DNA from: Ignavibacteria bacterium
GTDB taxonomy: Bacteria; Bacteroidota; Ignavibacteria; Tepidaquicellales; Tepidaquicellaceae
Assembly (NCBI GenBank): GCA_036262055.1
Contig: DATAJP010000002.1
Span: forward strand, 306,177 to 330,176
Direction: 5' to 3'
Length of the DNA: 24,000 bases
The notes beneath the pieces were generated by a model. It was not told the origin of the DNA, did no database searches, and saw only the letters and a program-made list of their open reading frames with translations. This document shows positions 15,160-24,000 of the stretch, piece by piece (position 1 is the first letter of the stretch; each line of letters begins with the position of its first letter). The position numbers and the translations under genes were made by a program.

Positions 15160-16452
15160 TCATAATAGTTTTTTCATTTCTTTTTTATATGCTTCCACAC
15201 CGGGCTGGTCGAATGGGTTGACTCCTAACATGTATCCGCTGATACCGCAGGCACGCTCAAAGAAATATATTAATTGACCGATGTAATATGCATTTAATTC
15301 AGGAATTTTAATGAGGATATTAGGAACGCTTCCCTGCGTATGCGCCTGAACTGTGCCAAGCATTGCTTTTTCATTTATATAACTGATTCGTTTATCCGAC
15401 AGATAATTCAATCCATCCGGATCATTTTGTGCTTCGGGAATCTTTATTTCGGCGTTTGTCCTATCAACCCATAGAACAGTCTCGAAAAAATTCTTTTTGC
15501 CGTCCTGAATAATTTGACCAAGTGAGTGAAGGTCAGTCGTGAAATTTACTCCTACCGGAAATAATCCTTTCCTTTGTTTTCCCTCGCTCTCACCATATAA
15601 TTGTTTCCACCATTCGATAAGATAACCAAGTTTAGGTTCATAGCTTACCATAATTTCTATTTCTTTCCAGCTTCGGTATAAAATATTTCTCAGCCCGGCA
15701 TACAAACATGCAGGATTATTAAAAAAATCTTTTTCTTTATTAATATGGTTTAAAATATCTTTTGCTCCTTGAAGCAAACCGGATATGTCAATTCCAGCGC
15801 ATGCAACAGGAAGCAATCCAACAGGAGTCAAAACTGAAAATCTTCCGCCGACATTATCGGGAATTACGAAAGTCTTGTAGCCCTCTTCATCCGCAAGTTT
15901 TTTTAATGCTCCTTTTGATTTATCGGTGACCGCTACGATTCTTTTTCTTGCTTCATCCTTGCCGTATTTTGTTTCAATATGATTTTTCAGCAATCTGAAA
16001 GCGACTGCAGGTTCAATTGTCGTTCCTGATTTTGAAATAACAATGATGGAATAATCAATTCCGCTTAATAAACTCAGAAGTTCGTGAAGGTATTCTTCAC
16101 TCAAGTTATGCCCAGCGTATAGAATATCGGGATTACCTTTTTCAAATTTATTTTTGAACGACGGGCTTAATGCTTCAATAACCGCTCTTGCACCGAGATA
16201 CGAACCGCCTATGCCTATGACAACGACTGCCGAAGAAATTGAACGCAAGTTTTCGGCACAGTATTTTATATCATTAATCTCACTCTCTGAAATCCTTGCC
16301 GGCAAATCCATCCATCCGTGGAAATCACTGCCTTTACCCGTTCCATATGTTAAAGAATTATCAGCGTTAAAAACTTCCGCCTGAACTTTTCTAAGTTCAT
16401 CATCAGAAAAAAATGAAGATATGTATTCTTTATTTACTTTTATGAAATCCAT
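15160..16452 (-). CDS. pgi: Glucose-6-phosphate isomerase (short bacterial type)
   Basis: 430 aa. Contains GIGGSYLGARAVIEAL, VISKSGTTIEP, GGRFSVLTPVGLLP and NPFDQPGVEAYK. Confidence 0.93.
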   Translation of the reverse strand: MDFIKVNKEYISSFFSDDELRKVQAEVFNADNSLTYGTGKGSDFHGWMDLPARISESEINDIKYCAENLRSISSAVVVIGIGGSYLGARAVIEALSPSFKNKFEKGNPDILYAGHNLSEEYLHELLSLLSGIDYSIIVISKSGTTIEPAVAFRLLKNHIETKYGKDEARKRIVAVTDKSKGALKKLADEEGYKTFVIPDNVGGRFSVLTPVGLLPVACAGIDISGLLQGAKDILNHINKEKDFFNNPACLYAGLRNILYRSWKEIEIMVSYEPKLGYLIEWWKQLYGESEGKQRKGLFPVGVNFTTDLHSLGQIIQDGKKNFFETVLWVDRTNAEIKIPEAQNDPDGLNYLSDKRISYINEKAMLGTVQAHTQGSVPNILIKIPELNAYYIGQLIYFFERACGISGYMLGVNPFDQPGVEAYKKEMKKLL

Positions 16453-16456
16453 TTGT

Positions 16457-17335
16457 TCATAATTTTAATCCCAATCCCAGAGTTATTCTTCGTTTTCTTT
16501 CATCATCTCTTTCTTCTTGCTCAAACTTTGCATTCAGCGATGACCTTTCTTTTTCATCAAGATAAAGAGTTGCCGTTCCTTCGTATTTATATCCATAATT
16601 TACGCTCGGATTTATTTCCCGTTCGATTCTTCCTGTTAAATCAAACTGAATATAATACCTTTTAACAGTAAAGCTCAATGATGCAAATGAATCATAAGTT
16701 TTAAAATCATCTTTTTTCTTAGGTCCCGTTTGCCTTTGATAGTCGAATCCGATGGTTGGATTTAATCCATACACCCAGCGGTTATCCTTCCCGTTATATT
16801 TGAATTTAACTTTCGACGCGTCCATTATAGGAATTGCAAAGTTAGGAAACGTCGGATTGAAAGAAAGTTTTGCTTCAAATAATTCTCTCTTTGAATAAAA
16901 ATCTTTCCAGAAAGAAACTTCCGGTTCTATTTTCCCCGCACTGTTTTTTGTTCTGTATAAATAATATTTAAATGTAAGTCCGCCTTTTACTTTTTCTTTT
17001 CTGTCTTTGCCTCCGCTTATGTATTCAAATTGAACAAACGGAGCAATTGCAAAGTCTGTGTAATCGAGTTTCTTATAAAGAATCGCAGCATCTATTTTAT
17101 AAATTGCATCCTCGTCATCTTTTTTTGAATATGAAAAAAGCGCGGGTTTTGTTGATTCGGAATTGTCATCAAATGCCCTTCTCAGTTCAATATATTCCTG
17201 AACAATATCAATGATGCTTTTTGTGGAATCATTATCCTGAGATTTTGCTTCGAAAGGAAAAATTAAAACAATAAATAATATTAAGGAAGTCATTCCCGCG
17301 AAGGCGGGAATCCCAATACCATATGTTTTATTCAT
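16457..17335 (-). CDS. Putative outer-membrane beta-barrel protein, unknown function (start uncertain: 17335 or 17293)
   Basis: 292-aa ORF with alternating-hydrophobic strands and many Y/F/K residues. It ends 4 nt before the pgi start. The ATG at 17335 overlaps the purT stop (ATGA). The first 15 codons read through a family A repeat ([11 protein letters not shown]). The alternative ATG at 17293 lies inside the repeat. Confidence 0.55.
   Translation of the reverse strand: MNKTYGIGIPAFAGMTSLILFIVLIFPFEAKSQDNDSTKSIIDIVQEYIELRRAFDDNSESTKPALFSYSKKDDEDAIYKIDAAILYKKLDYTDFAIAPFVQFEYISGGKDRKEKVKGGLTFKYYLYRTKNSAGKIEPEVSFWKDFYSKRELFEAKLSFNPTFPNFAIPIMDASKVKFKYNGKDNRWVYGLNPTIGFDYQRQTGPKKKDDFKTYDSFASLSFTVKRYYIQFDLTGRIEREINPSVNYGYKYEGTATLYLDEKERSSLNAKFEQEERDDERKRRITLGLGLKL
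17289..17314 (+). repeat. REP-like palindromic element, family A (GTCATTCCCGCGAAGGCGGGAATCCC)
   Basis: Exact consensus copy, located between the purT stop and the hydrophobic signal-like segment of the next ORF. Confidence 0.9.
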
Positions 17336-18498
17336 TTGATTACCTTTACTTTTGATGCAATGCTTTTGGCACGTTCTCGTAATGTATCCATACTCTCACC
17401 TTCATCACCAAACGTCAGCGCTACTCCCATCCGTCTGAATTTTCTTGTAACCGGCTTTCCAAAAATTTTTACATCAGAATTTTTTTCTTTCAATGCTTCA
17501 TCAAGTCCTGTGTATTGCGGATTTTCTATACCTTCTTCATCTGCAAGTATAACTGCACTGACTCCGTTTTTCAAGAGCTTAATTTCGTTAATCGGCAGAC
17601 CAAGAACTGCCCTTGCATGAAGCTCGAATTCATTAAACTGCTGTGTCCCTGCAAGTGTTACCATTCCCGTATCGTGAGGTCTTGGGGAAAGCTCTGAAAA
17701 ATAAACATCATCATCTGAAATAAAAAACTCAACTCCCCAGATTCCTGCACCCGTTAACGCTTTTGTAACTTCCCTTGCTATGTCCTGTGCTTTCTTCAAA
17801 AGCTTTTCATCCATCGGACACGGCTGCCAGCTTTCCTGATAGTCACCTCGTTCCTGTCTGTGGCCAATCGGCGCGCAAAATAACGTCTCGCCGTTTTTTT
17901 GTGTAACCGTGAGCAGCGTGATTTCAAATTTGAAATCAATAAACTCCTCAATTATTATTTCATTAAAATCTCCGCGACCTTTTGTTGTTGCATATTCCCA
18001 GGCTTTCTCAATGTCACTTTCAGATTTAATAGTTGACTGTCCTTTGCCCGATGATGACATCAAAGGTTTCACAACGCAAGGAATGCCGATTTCTTTAATT
18101 GCATTTTTAAACTCATCAAGTGTTGAGGCATATTTATACTTAGCAGTTTTAAGTCCGAGTTCTTTTGCGGCTAAATCGCGGATTGCTTTTCGGTTCATTG
18201 TATAGTTCACCGCTCTTGCGCTCGGAACAACCTGTATTCCGACCGATTCATAATCAAATAATTTTTCTGTTCTGATTGCTTCTATTTCGGGAATGATAAT
18301 ATCGGGCTTATGCTTCGCAACGATTCTATCGAGTTCGTTGCCGTCAAGCATGTTTATAACTTCGCGTTCATTCGTTACCTGCTGTGCAGGCGCGTTGTTA
18401 TATGAATCAACAGCAATGACCTGATGTCCGAGTCGCTTGACAGCGATTGTAAATTCTTTTCCCAGCTCACCTGAGCCAAGCAGTAAAATTTTTTTCAA
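17332..18498 (-). CDS. purT: Formate-dependent phosphoribosylglycinamide formyltransferase (GAR transformylase 2)
   Basis: 388 aa. [54 protein letters not shown] and [11 protein letters not shown] align along the full length with E. coli PurT as recalled. TTG start. Confidence 0.95.
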   Translation of the reverse strand: MKKILLLGSGELGKEFTIAVKRLGHQVIAVDSYNNAPAQQVTNEREVINMLDGNELDRIVAKHKPDIIIPEIEAIRTEKLFDYESVGIQVVPSARAVNYTMNRKAIRDLAAKELGLKTAKYKYASTLDEFKNAIKEIGIPCVVKPLMSSSGKGQSTIKSESDIEKAWEYATTKGRGDFNEIIIEEFIDFKFEITLLTVTQKNGETLFCAPIGHRQERGDYQESWQPCPMDEKLLKKAQDIAREVTKALTGAGIWGVEFFISDDDVYFSELSPRPHDTGMVTLAGTQQFNEFELHARAVLGLPINEIKLLKNGVSAVILADEEGIENPQYTGLDEALKEKNSDVKIFGKPVTRKFRRMGVALTFGDEGESMDTLRERAKSIASKVKVIK

Positions 18499-18511
18499 TA
18501 AATGAGAATTT

Positions 18512-21163
18512 TTATGGTTCTAATTTTAAAACTTTAAGCTCTTCTTTTAGAAGCTCATTGAAATCGATAGTGATTGATGTATATTCTCCGTTCAGCCATA
18601 ACCTGGATTGGTCTCTGTAGTTAGGATGCAATGGCTGTCCCGATTGTCCTGTCGTTATTATAGTAAGTAAATTTTTATTTTTTGATAAGTCAACAATCAT
18701 CCTCATCGACGCTCCCAGAGTAAAGTTAAAATTTCCGCTTTCAAGTGGTTTTGAAAAATTATACTCGGCATTATTAACAGTGACCCCGCTTCCGCCCATT
18801 TCATAAGGACCGATGTTCAAGATTCCGCCAAGCGCCGGCACCTGTCCCAGTGGATGCTGCATAAGAATTTTATGATAATTTCCCCAGAGCCAATTGTTAT
18901 AATCATCCGTTCCGGAAATTTCTTTCAGTTCATCTATTCCGTCAATAAAGCTTTTACGCAAAATGAAATTTCTGTTTGTTGTTTCGTTCTGGCCATCAGA
19001 AAAAAGCCACGAGTTATTTTTTGTAAGAAGCTTGACAGTATTTCTAACAGGAACATTCTGAATAAAAACATAATTATCGTAAACATCTTTGCCAAGCAAA
19101 TTCATATATAAGTTTTTATAAAGCTGAATTTCAAACGCAGCAAAAATTGTCGCTGCAGGGCTGAATGCCGTCATCTGATAATCCCATTTTTTCAACAGCT
19201 CATAATATTTTCTGTAATCCATCGGAATGCCGACCGAATCCCTGAATGCTTCAAACAAATATTCGCAGTATTGCTTTGCAAGAAGATTCATAAAATCGGT
19301 TTGGATAAGCTTGAACTCATCTGCAGAAAAGCTTCCGCGTGATTTCAGAATCTCGTCAATACGCATTGCGCGGTAAGGCGGCTCAAATAAGTCAGAGATA
19401 TAATATTTATAATCTTTTAACGGCGGGTTGTTTGCTGTAACTATATAATCTTTCTGAGGATTGTATTCATTCGGAAGCTCATCAAAATGAACATATCCCG
19501 TAAAATCAACTGTTCCCATCGAAGTATAAGTCGGGATATAACCGTTATCTGCGCCTGTTACATTATTACGCAAAGAAATTTTCCCTGCTACCTGATAACC
19601 GATATTGCCTGAAGTATCCGCATACACAAAATTGGAGGGTGGAACCCCGAATAAAGAAAGACCGTTTCTGAATTCAGTCCAGCTTTTAGCGTAGTTGACT
19701 TTGTAAATTGCTTCAAGCTCATCTGAAAAATCAAAACCTGTCCATCGCAGAACAATAATTTTATCAGGTGAGGTTCTGAGCTCGCGCTTTCTTCCGAAAC
19801 CTGAAACATTAAGATTTGAAATAACAGGACCCAAGCGCGTTGTGTAACATGTAAAATCATAAGAATCATTCTCGCCTTTTACTTTTATGCTTTCAACTAA
19901 GCTGTCAAGCGGATATGTTGCATCTTTGATTTTATACTTTGTTCTGTTTGATGAATCCAGCTGCAAAATATAAAAATCCGAGTCATCGCTCATCAAGCTG
20001 GTCATTCCCCAACTGATAACATTGTTAGAGCCGATTACAACCGCCGGCGTTCCCGGCAGACTGTATCCTGCAACGCTGCTTTTATACTGGTCGTTATATA
20101 AATGAATTTCATACCACTTCGAAGGAACTGACAAACTCAAATGAGGGTCATTAGCGAGAATCGGTTTTCCATTTTCTGTTTTCTTGCCATTGACAACCCA
20201 TGCATTGCTTCCGATGTGCGAACCCTCGATGCCGAAATAATTTCTATAATTTTTAACCGTATTAAAAAAATCTGCGCCTTCAACTGCAAGGGATTTATAA
20301 TTATTTTCAATTACATTATAAGAAATATTATTTCCCCCTTTGGAGGCGGAACGTCCCGACTTGTCGGGAGGCAATACAAGGGGAGGATATTGAGTAAAAG
20401 AATTTCCATCACGTTGACCCTGAAACAAGTTCAGGGTGACATCCTTTTTTTCATTTTTAGTTTTTACTGAATCTTTCTTTTCTGTTTCTTTGTTAGTATG
20501 AATTACAAACGGTCCTGTTTCGGGATAAATTGGAAAAAGCTCTTTTGCTCTTTCAAGTCCGAGCTTATTCACAACTTCACCGAACATATAATCAGCATAC
20601 CATGAAAGGTTTAAATCCCATCCCATCAAACGGACTATCATCAAACTATGCTCGGGCTTCCATTCATCGGGTTTATAGTTAAGCACGTCGAATTCAAGCG
20701 GAAGATTTTTTATGTGAGTCTGAATAAAATAATTAACACCTTTTGTGTAGCTGTCGAGAATCGATTTTGTTTTTGGTGAGAGCTGGTTATAAAATGAGTA
20801 AGCTGATTTTCCGATGCCGATTGTTCTGAACAAAACATCATAATCAAGAACGTCCCTTCCGTAAATTTCCGAAAGACGTCCTTCAGCAACACGCCGCATA
20901 ATGTCCATCTGCCATAACCTGTCCTGCGCGTGAGTATATCCCTGCGCAAAATACATATCGCGTTCATTGCGTGCATAAATATGCGCAACTCCGAAATTAT
21001 TTCTTATGACGTTGACAGTATCGGTGATTCCTTCGACTTTTACTGTTCCCGTTTCTTCATAAAATGACCTTTGCGTTAAGTCGCTGAAGAGAACTCCAAG
21101 CGTTATGAAAACCGCTATCAATAATATCAAAAGACCGATTATGGTTTTTAAGACAGGATGCAA
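18512..21163 (-). CDS. Penicillin-acylase-family (S45, Ntn-hydrolase) amidase, membrane-anchored; could equally be an AHL or other acyl-amide acylase
   Basis: 883 aa with an N-terminal TM helix. Alpha-subunit motifs [17 protein letters not shown]. The predicted beta-subunit N-terminal nucleophile is in [25 protein letters not shown] (Ser319). TTG start. Confidence 0.9.
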   Translation of the reverse strand: MHPVLKTIIGLLILLIAVFITLGVLFSDLTQRSFYEETGTVKVEGITDTVNVIRNNFGVAHIYARNERDMYFAQGYTHAQDRLWQMDIMRRVAEGRLSEIYGRDVLDYDVLFRTIGIGKSAYSFYNQLSPKTKSILDSYTKGVNYFIQTHIKNLPLEFDVLNYKPDEWKPEHSLMIVRLMGWDLNLSWYADYMFGEVVNKLGLERAKELFPIYPETGPFVIHTNKETEKKDSVKTKNEKKDVTLNLFQGQRDGNSFTQYPPLVLPPDKSGRSASKGGNNISYNVIENNYKSLAVEGADFFNTVKNYRNYFGIEGSHIGSNAWVVNGKKTENGKPILANDPHLSLSVPSKWYEIHLYNDQYKSSVAGYSLPGTPAVVIGSNNVISWGMTSLMSDDSDFYILQLDSSNRTKYKIKDATYPLDSLVESIKVKGENDSYDFTCYTTRLGPVISNLNVSGFGRKRELRTSPDKIIVLRWTGFDFSDELEAIYKVNYAKSWTEFRNGLSLFGVPPSNFVYADTSGNIGYQVAGKISLRNNVTGADNGYIPTYTSMGTVDFTGYVHFDELPNEYNPQKDYIVTANNPPLKDYKYYISDLFEPPYRAMRIDEILKSRGSFSADEFKLIQTDFMNLLAKQYCEYLFEAFRDSVGIPMDYRKYYELLKKWDYQMTAFSPAATIFAAFEIQLYKNLYMNLLGKDVYDNYVFIQNVPVRNTVKLLTKNNSWLFSDGQNETTNRNFILRKSFIDGIDELKEISGTDDYNNWLWGNYHKILMQHPLGQVPALGGILNIGPYEMGGSGVTVNNAEYNFSKPLESGNFNFTLGASMRMIVDLSKNKNLLTIITTGQSGQPLHPNYRDQSRLWLNGEYTSITIDFNELLKEELKVLKLEP
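20327..20443 (-). repeat. Two palindromic repeat elements embedded in frame in the acylase ORF (codons 241-279)
   Basis: On the minus strand, GTCACCCTGAACTTGTTTCAGGGTCAACG (20411..20441) encodes [66 protein letters not shown] (20331..20388) shares its ends with the element at 3893..3923 and contains the perfect palindrome TCCCGACAAGTCGGGA. Confidence 0.75.
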
Positions 21164-21242
21164 TTAACCCGGATTAAGTATTTATGCAAAATACCTAAGT
21201 TAATTGTTATGTTAAATGGAGTTAAAAATAAATTTGAGAAAA

Positions 21243-21273
21243 TTCCCTCTTAGCAAAGGGGGTTAGGAGGTTG
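21243..21273. repeat. C/G-tract palindromic repeat loosely related to family C (TTCCCTCTTAGCAAAGGGGGTTAGGAGGTTG)
   Basis: Intergenic, between the beta-barrel gene stop and the acylase start. It has CCTCC/GGAGG and CCCT/AGGG arms. Confidence 0.4.
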
Positions 21274-21280
21274 TTACAAT

Positions 21281-22111
21281 TTAAATGTCAAAAAAGAACT
21301 TTCCCGTTAAAGCAAGGTTCTGGAGAAACGACGAACCGTGACCTGTGGTAAGCGGGTCGCCAAATTCTTTTACTGTTTTGAAGTTAGTATAAGTCAGCTC
21401 AACGTCGCCTGCAAGAGTTCCGAATAAATCAAATGCTGTTCCTGCAGAAAGCTTCATCACGGGCAGCCATTGGTGGTCTGAATAGCTTGCAAGAGTCTGC
21501 TTCGAATAATAATAGTAATAATAATAGTTGTCAAAATATTTTAATGTTCTTACACGCTCAATGGATTCCCGCATATAGGCATAACCTGCGCCTGCAGTCA
21601 GGTAAATCCCGCTGTTAGTTCTTCCTCCCGGGAAATATTTCACCGATGCAATCAATGGTATTGAAAGCATTTTTGCTCTTTCATAAGAATCATAATAAGG
21701 AGTGCCTGCATTAGAGCCGGTTGTTATATCCCTGTTGTCTATGAAACCTTTTGTATGGTTAAAAAATGACATCTCAAGTTCAAGCGAGATATTTTCATTA
21801 AGCTTCTTTCCTGCAATTATTGCAATCTGAACAGGGCTCAGACTGTATGAAGGTCCGTAATCATAATTATATCCATCGTAGTTATATTCATCTTCTCCGT
21901 ATCTTATCTGAAACCTGTTGCCAAATTCACCTCCCAAAAACGACGAGATTGAGGTTCCAATTCCGAGATAAAATGTTTTTTCTTTTACCGGCGGCTTCTT
22001 AGTCTGAGAAAATCCCTGAGAAACACCTATAGATGAGCCCAAAAATACGATAAGAACAGCCAAAAAAAACCTTTTTATTTTGAATCCTAATGTATAATTT
22101 GATAGTATCAT
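21281..22111 (-). CDS. Putative outer-membrane beta-barrel protein with hepta-tyrosine tract
   Basis: 276-aa ORF with a signal peptide, alternating strand pattern and aromatic-rich C-terminus (LTGKFFFDI). DNYYYYYYYS arises from a 12-bp tandem duplication. Confidence 0.55.
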   Translation of the reverse strand: MILSNYTLGFKIKRFFLAVLIVFLGSSIGVSQGFSQTKKPPVKEKTFYLGIGTSISSFLGGEFGNRFQIRYGEDEYNYDGYNYDYGPSYSLSPVQIAIIAGKKLNENISLELEMSFFNHTKGFIDNRDITTGSNAGTPYYDSYERAKMLSIPLIASVKYFPGGRTNSGIYLTAGAGYAYMRESIERVRTLKYFDNYYYYYYYSKQTLASYSDHQWLPVMKLSAGTAFDLFGTLAGDVELTYTNFKTVKEFGDPLTTGHGSSFLQNLALTGKFFFDI

Positions 22112-22188
22112 AGTAATATTACAACTTTATTCAATTAATATAGTTCCTTTTAAAAACATAAGAAGTTTAAAAATCAGTAATTTATAAT

Positions 22189-23265
22189 ATGAAAAAAATA
22201 CTTTTAATTTTATTTGCGTTAATTCTCTGTTCTAAAATCTCTTATTCAAACGAGCTTCAATTTGAGAACGGAACATTTCAGGAAGTTCTTGCAAAAGCAA
22301 AAGCTGAAAACAAGCTTTTAATGATTGACTTCATAACCGACTGGTGCATCTGGTGCGTGCATACAGACATAAAGGTTTACACAAATCCTGAAATAATTGA
22401 TTTTGCATCGAAAAACCAAATCAACTGGAAGGTTGATGCGGAAAAAGGCGAGGGCATTGAGCTTGCCAAAAAATATAATGTAGTTGGTTATCCGACAATT
22501 GTTTTTGTTGACGGTGACGGAAATGAAGTCGATAGAATTTACGGGTATTATCCTGCAAAAGATTTTCTTGAAACAATAAAGAATTACTCAAACCGAGTAA
22601 AGACTCTTCCTGCATTGCAGAAAGCAGTAATGGAAAATGCAAATGATGTTACCGCAAATTATTTGTATGCGGAAAAACTTCTCAATGTTGGTAAAGCTGA
22701 GGATGCAGGAAAATATTTTGAGTTCGTAATCAAAAATGACGAAGGAAATGCATCGGGATATTATGATGATGCTTTATTCCAGACCGCAATGGGAAAAAAT
22801 GATACGGTTGCGGTTGCAGAATTAATCACCAGATTTCCGGAATCAAATATGCAGAAAGATGCCTATATATTTTTATTCAATGATGCAGTCGGTAAAGGAA
22901 AACAGGACGACATTGATAAGTATAAAGCAATCCTCGAGTCAAAGTATGGTTCTGATGAGATGGTAAATTTTTACATCGGTCAGTATTATCTGGGCAAGGC
23001 ATCGAAAGTTTCAAAAGATGAGAAGGCAACAAATGAAATGAGAATGGAAGCTATTAAAAATACCGACTTGGCTTTTCCTTATTTAGAAGGCGGAGTTTTT
23101 GAAGCAGGTCCGAGCTTTGTAAAATCCAATTTATATTATGCTATGGGAGATTACAAAACAGCTGATGAATATATTGACAAGTCTCTTGCAATCTGGGGAA
23201 CAAGAAAATCATACGTTGACCAGAAACAAAAAATTCAGGCAAAACTTAAAGAACAAACAAAATAA
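22189..23265 (+). CDS. Secreted thioredoxin-fold protein (CxxC = C-I-W-C) with helical/TPR-like C-terminal domain
   Basis: 358 aa with a signal peptide. LLMIDFITDWCIWCV..YNVVGYPTIVFVD is a thioredoxin-like active-site and cis-Pro arrangement. Confidence 0.75.
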   Translation: MKKILLILFALILCSKISYSNELQFENGTFQEVLAKAKAENKLLMIDFITDWCIWCVHTDIKVYTNPEIIDFASKNQINWKVDAEKGEGIELAKKYNVVGYPTIVFVDGDGNEVDRIYGYYPAKDFLETIKNYSNRVKTLPALQKAVMENANDVTANYLYAEKLLNVGKAEDAGKYFEFVIKNDEGNASGYYDDALFQTAMGKNDTVAVAELITRFPESNMQKDAYIFLFNDAVGKGKQDDIDKYKAILESKYGSDEMVNFYIGQYYLGKASKVSKDEKATNEMRMEAIKNTDLAFPYLEGGVFEAGPSFVKSNLYYAMGDYKTADEYIDKSLAIWGTRKSYVDQKQKIQAKLKEQTK

Positions 23266-23318
23266 TACTTTTTAACATTATGTTTTCAAGTTAAGAAAAT
23301 AATAAAAAACACAGTAAA

Positions 23319-23984
23319 ATGAAAAATCTATTAAAACTTTTATTTTTAATTGCAGTTTTCATTTCTTTGCAGATTTCGTTTCAAGGTTGTTCAAAAAATC
23401 AGAATACAACGGGCGGCAAAACCGATTCTGCCGGAACAACCACAAGCAGTAATAACACCGGAAGCTCCTCCGGCAGTAATCCCGCAGATATTATGAACAA
23501 GGGATTTAAAATTGATTATAAAATTTCCGGAATGATGAACGGAAGCGGTGTGATTGCAGTGAAAGGAAAAAAATCAAAAACCAACATGTCCTATGATATG
23601 CAGGGACAAAAAGTAAGCATGCAGGGCTTTAATGATGCTGAATGGATATATACAATGATGGATATGGGCGACATAAAACAGAACACCAAAATGAAAATTA
23701 AAGATAAAGCAAAGAAAGACCCTTCTGAAATTGACTATGCCGACTTGAAAAAAGAACTCGAGAAATTCAAAAAAATCGGAACTGAAACAATCATAGGAAA
23801 AGAATGCGACATATATGAAATGTCACCGGGCTCCACAATAAGCGTTTATGATAACATGATTCCGCTTAAAGTGAAAACCGAAGGAATGACTATGGAAGCA
23901 ACGGCAATTGATTTGGATTCGGGAATCAGTGATAGTGAAGTTACTCCGCCTTCAGATGTAACCTTCAAAGAAGTAAACTACTAA
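23319..23984 (+). CDS. Hypothetical lipoprotein with S/T/G-rich linker
   Basis: 221 aa. Signal peptide and lipobox-like SFQGC, then the low-complexity segment TTGGKTDSAGTTTSSNNTGSSSGSN, then a globular domain with no recognised motif. Confidence 0.55.
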   Translation: MKNLLKLLFLIAVFISLQISFQGCSKNQNTTGGKTDSAGTTTSSNNTGSSSGSNPADIMNKGFKIDYKISGMMNGSGVIAVKGKKSKTNMSYDMQGQKVSMQGFNDAEWIYTMMDMGDIKQNTKMKIKDKAKKDPSEIDYADLKKELEKFKKIGTETIIGKECDIYEMSPGSTISVYDNMIPLKVKTEGMTMEATAIDLDSGISDSEVTPPSDVTFKEVNY

Positions 23985-24000
23985 TAATTTTATATCATTA

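Noticed and set aside
533-17314. Whether the repeated GTCATTCCCGCGAAGGCGGGAATCC copies form a CRISPR array
   Set aside because: The copies are kilobases apart, in both orientations, and separated by ordinary genes. There is no regular repeat-spacer periodicity and no cas genes.
18499-18511. A purine riboswitch or leader upstream of purT
   Set aside because: Only 13 nt separate the acylase stop from the purT TTG start, which leaves no room for a structured leader.
2023-21163. A 'beta-lactam resistance island' linking the OXA-like lipoprotein and the penicillin-acylase-family gene
   Set aside because: The two genes are ~16 kb apart and separated by housekeeping genes. The OXA-like protein lacks its nucleophile, so it should not hydrolyse beta-lactams. 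S45 acylases commonly act on AHLs or other acyl-amides. The sequence gives no evidence of a functional link.
16154-22642. Remaining short nested ORFs (16154..16384, 16453..16665, 17336..17620, 17515..17697, 17909..18205, 18854..19111, 19588..19869, 20141..20470, 20710..20988, 21433..21618, 21820..22002, 22421..22642)
   Set aside because: All overlap longer ORFs with homology (pgi, purT, acylase) or better coding features. ORF 20141..20470 includes a reverse translation of the embedded repeats.
1-24000. tRNA, rRNA, tmRNA or other structured RNA genes
   Set aside because: The intergenic regions are short and are accounted for by repeats, terminators and promoters. I saw no cloverleaf-compatible segments (such as a GTTCGAATC-type T-arm). 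This was a scan by eye, so a covariance-model search (tRNAscan-SE/Infernal) is still needed to exclude small RNAs.

Overview
AT-rich bacterial chromosomal segment. About 23 protein-coding genes, 17 of them on the minus strand, with no rRNA, tRNA, CRISPR array, integrase or transposase visible. A type IX secretion (T9SS) C-terminal sorting tail, a fused E1 alpha/beta dehydrogenase, a 'TAnnTTTG'-like promoter box and dispersed GTCAT-headed palindromic repeats suggest the FCB group (Ignavibacteriota/Bacteroidota-like); this origin is an inference. Confident housekeeping calls are adenine deaminase (5' part), fused 2-oxoacid dehydrogenase E1 alpha/beta, ferritin, creD, gmhA, an FKBP-TPR isomerase, pgi, purT and a penicillin-acylase-family Ntn hydrolase. 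Other calls are a 13-blade BNR/Asp-box propeller with a T9SS tail, a thioredoxin-fold protein, and several secreted, lipoprotein or beta-barrel hypotheticals. The best candidate for an undescribed system is the tightly packed minus-strand cassette at 572..3139. It encodes a stand-alone receiver, then a lipoprotein with clear class-D beta-lactamase/BlaR1-sensor homology whose acylation motifs are destroyed (STxK->GTYK, KTG->VNG, SxV segment missing). The third gene is a hybrid histidine kinase with no periplasmic sensor domain, and its H-box histidine is replaced by Gln (MSQEIRTPMNG). Second, at least four small palindromic repeat families are scattered through the intergenic DNA. Some copies form MITE-like inverted pairs, one overlaps a predicted start codon, and two sit in frame inside the acylase, in what should be its excised alpha/beta spacer peptide. 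Third, a small secreted protein consists of six 13-residue 'WKSDAD' repeats. All homology statements come from reading the translations and recalling family motifs; no database search was run.
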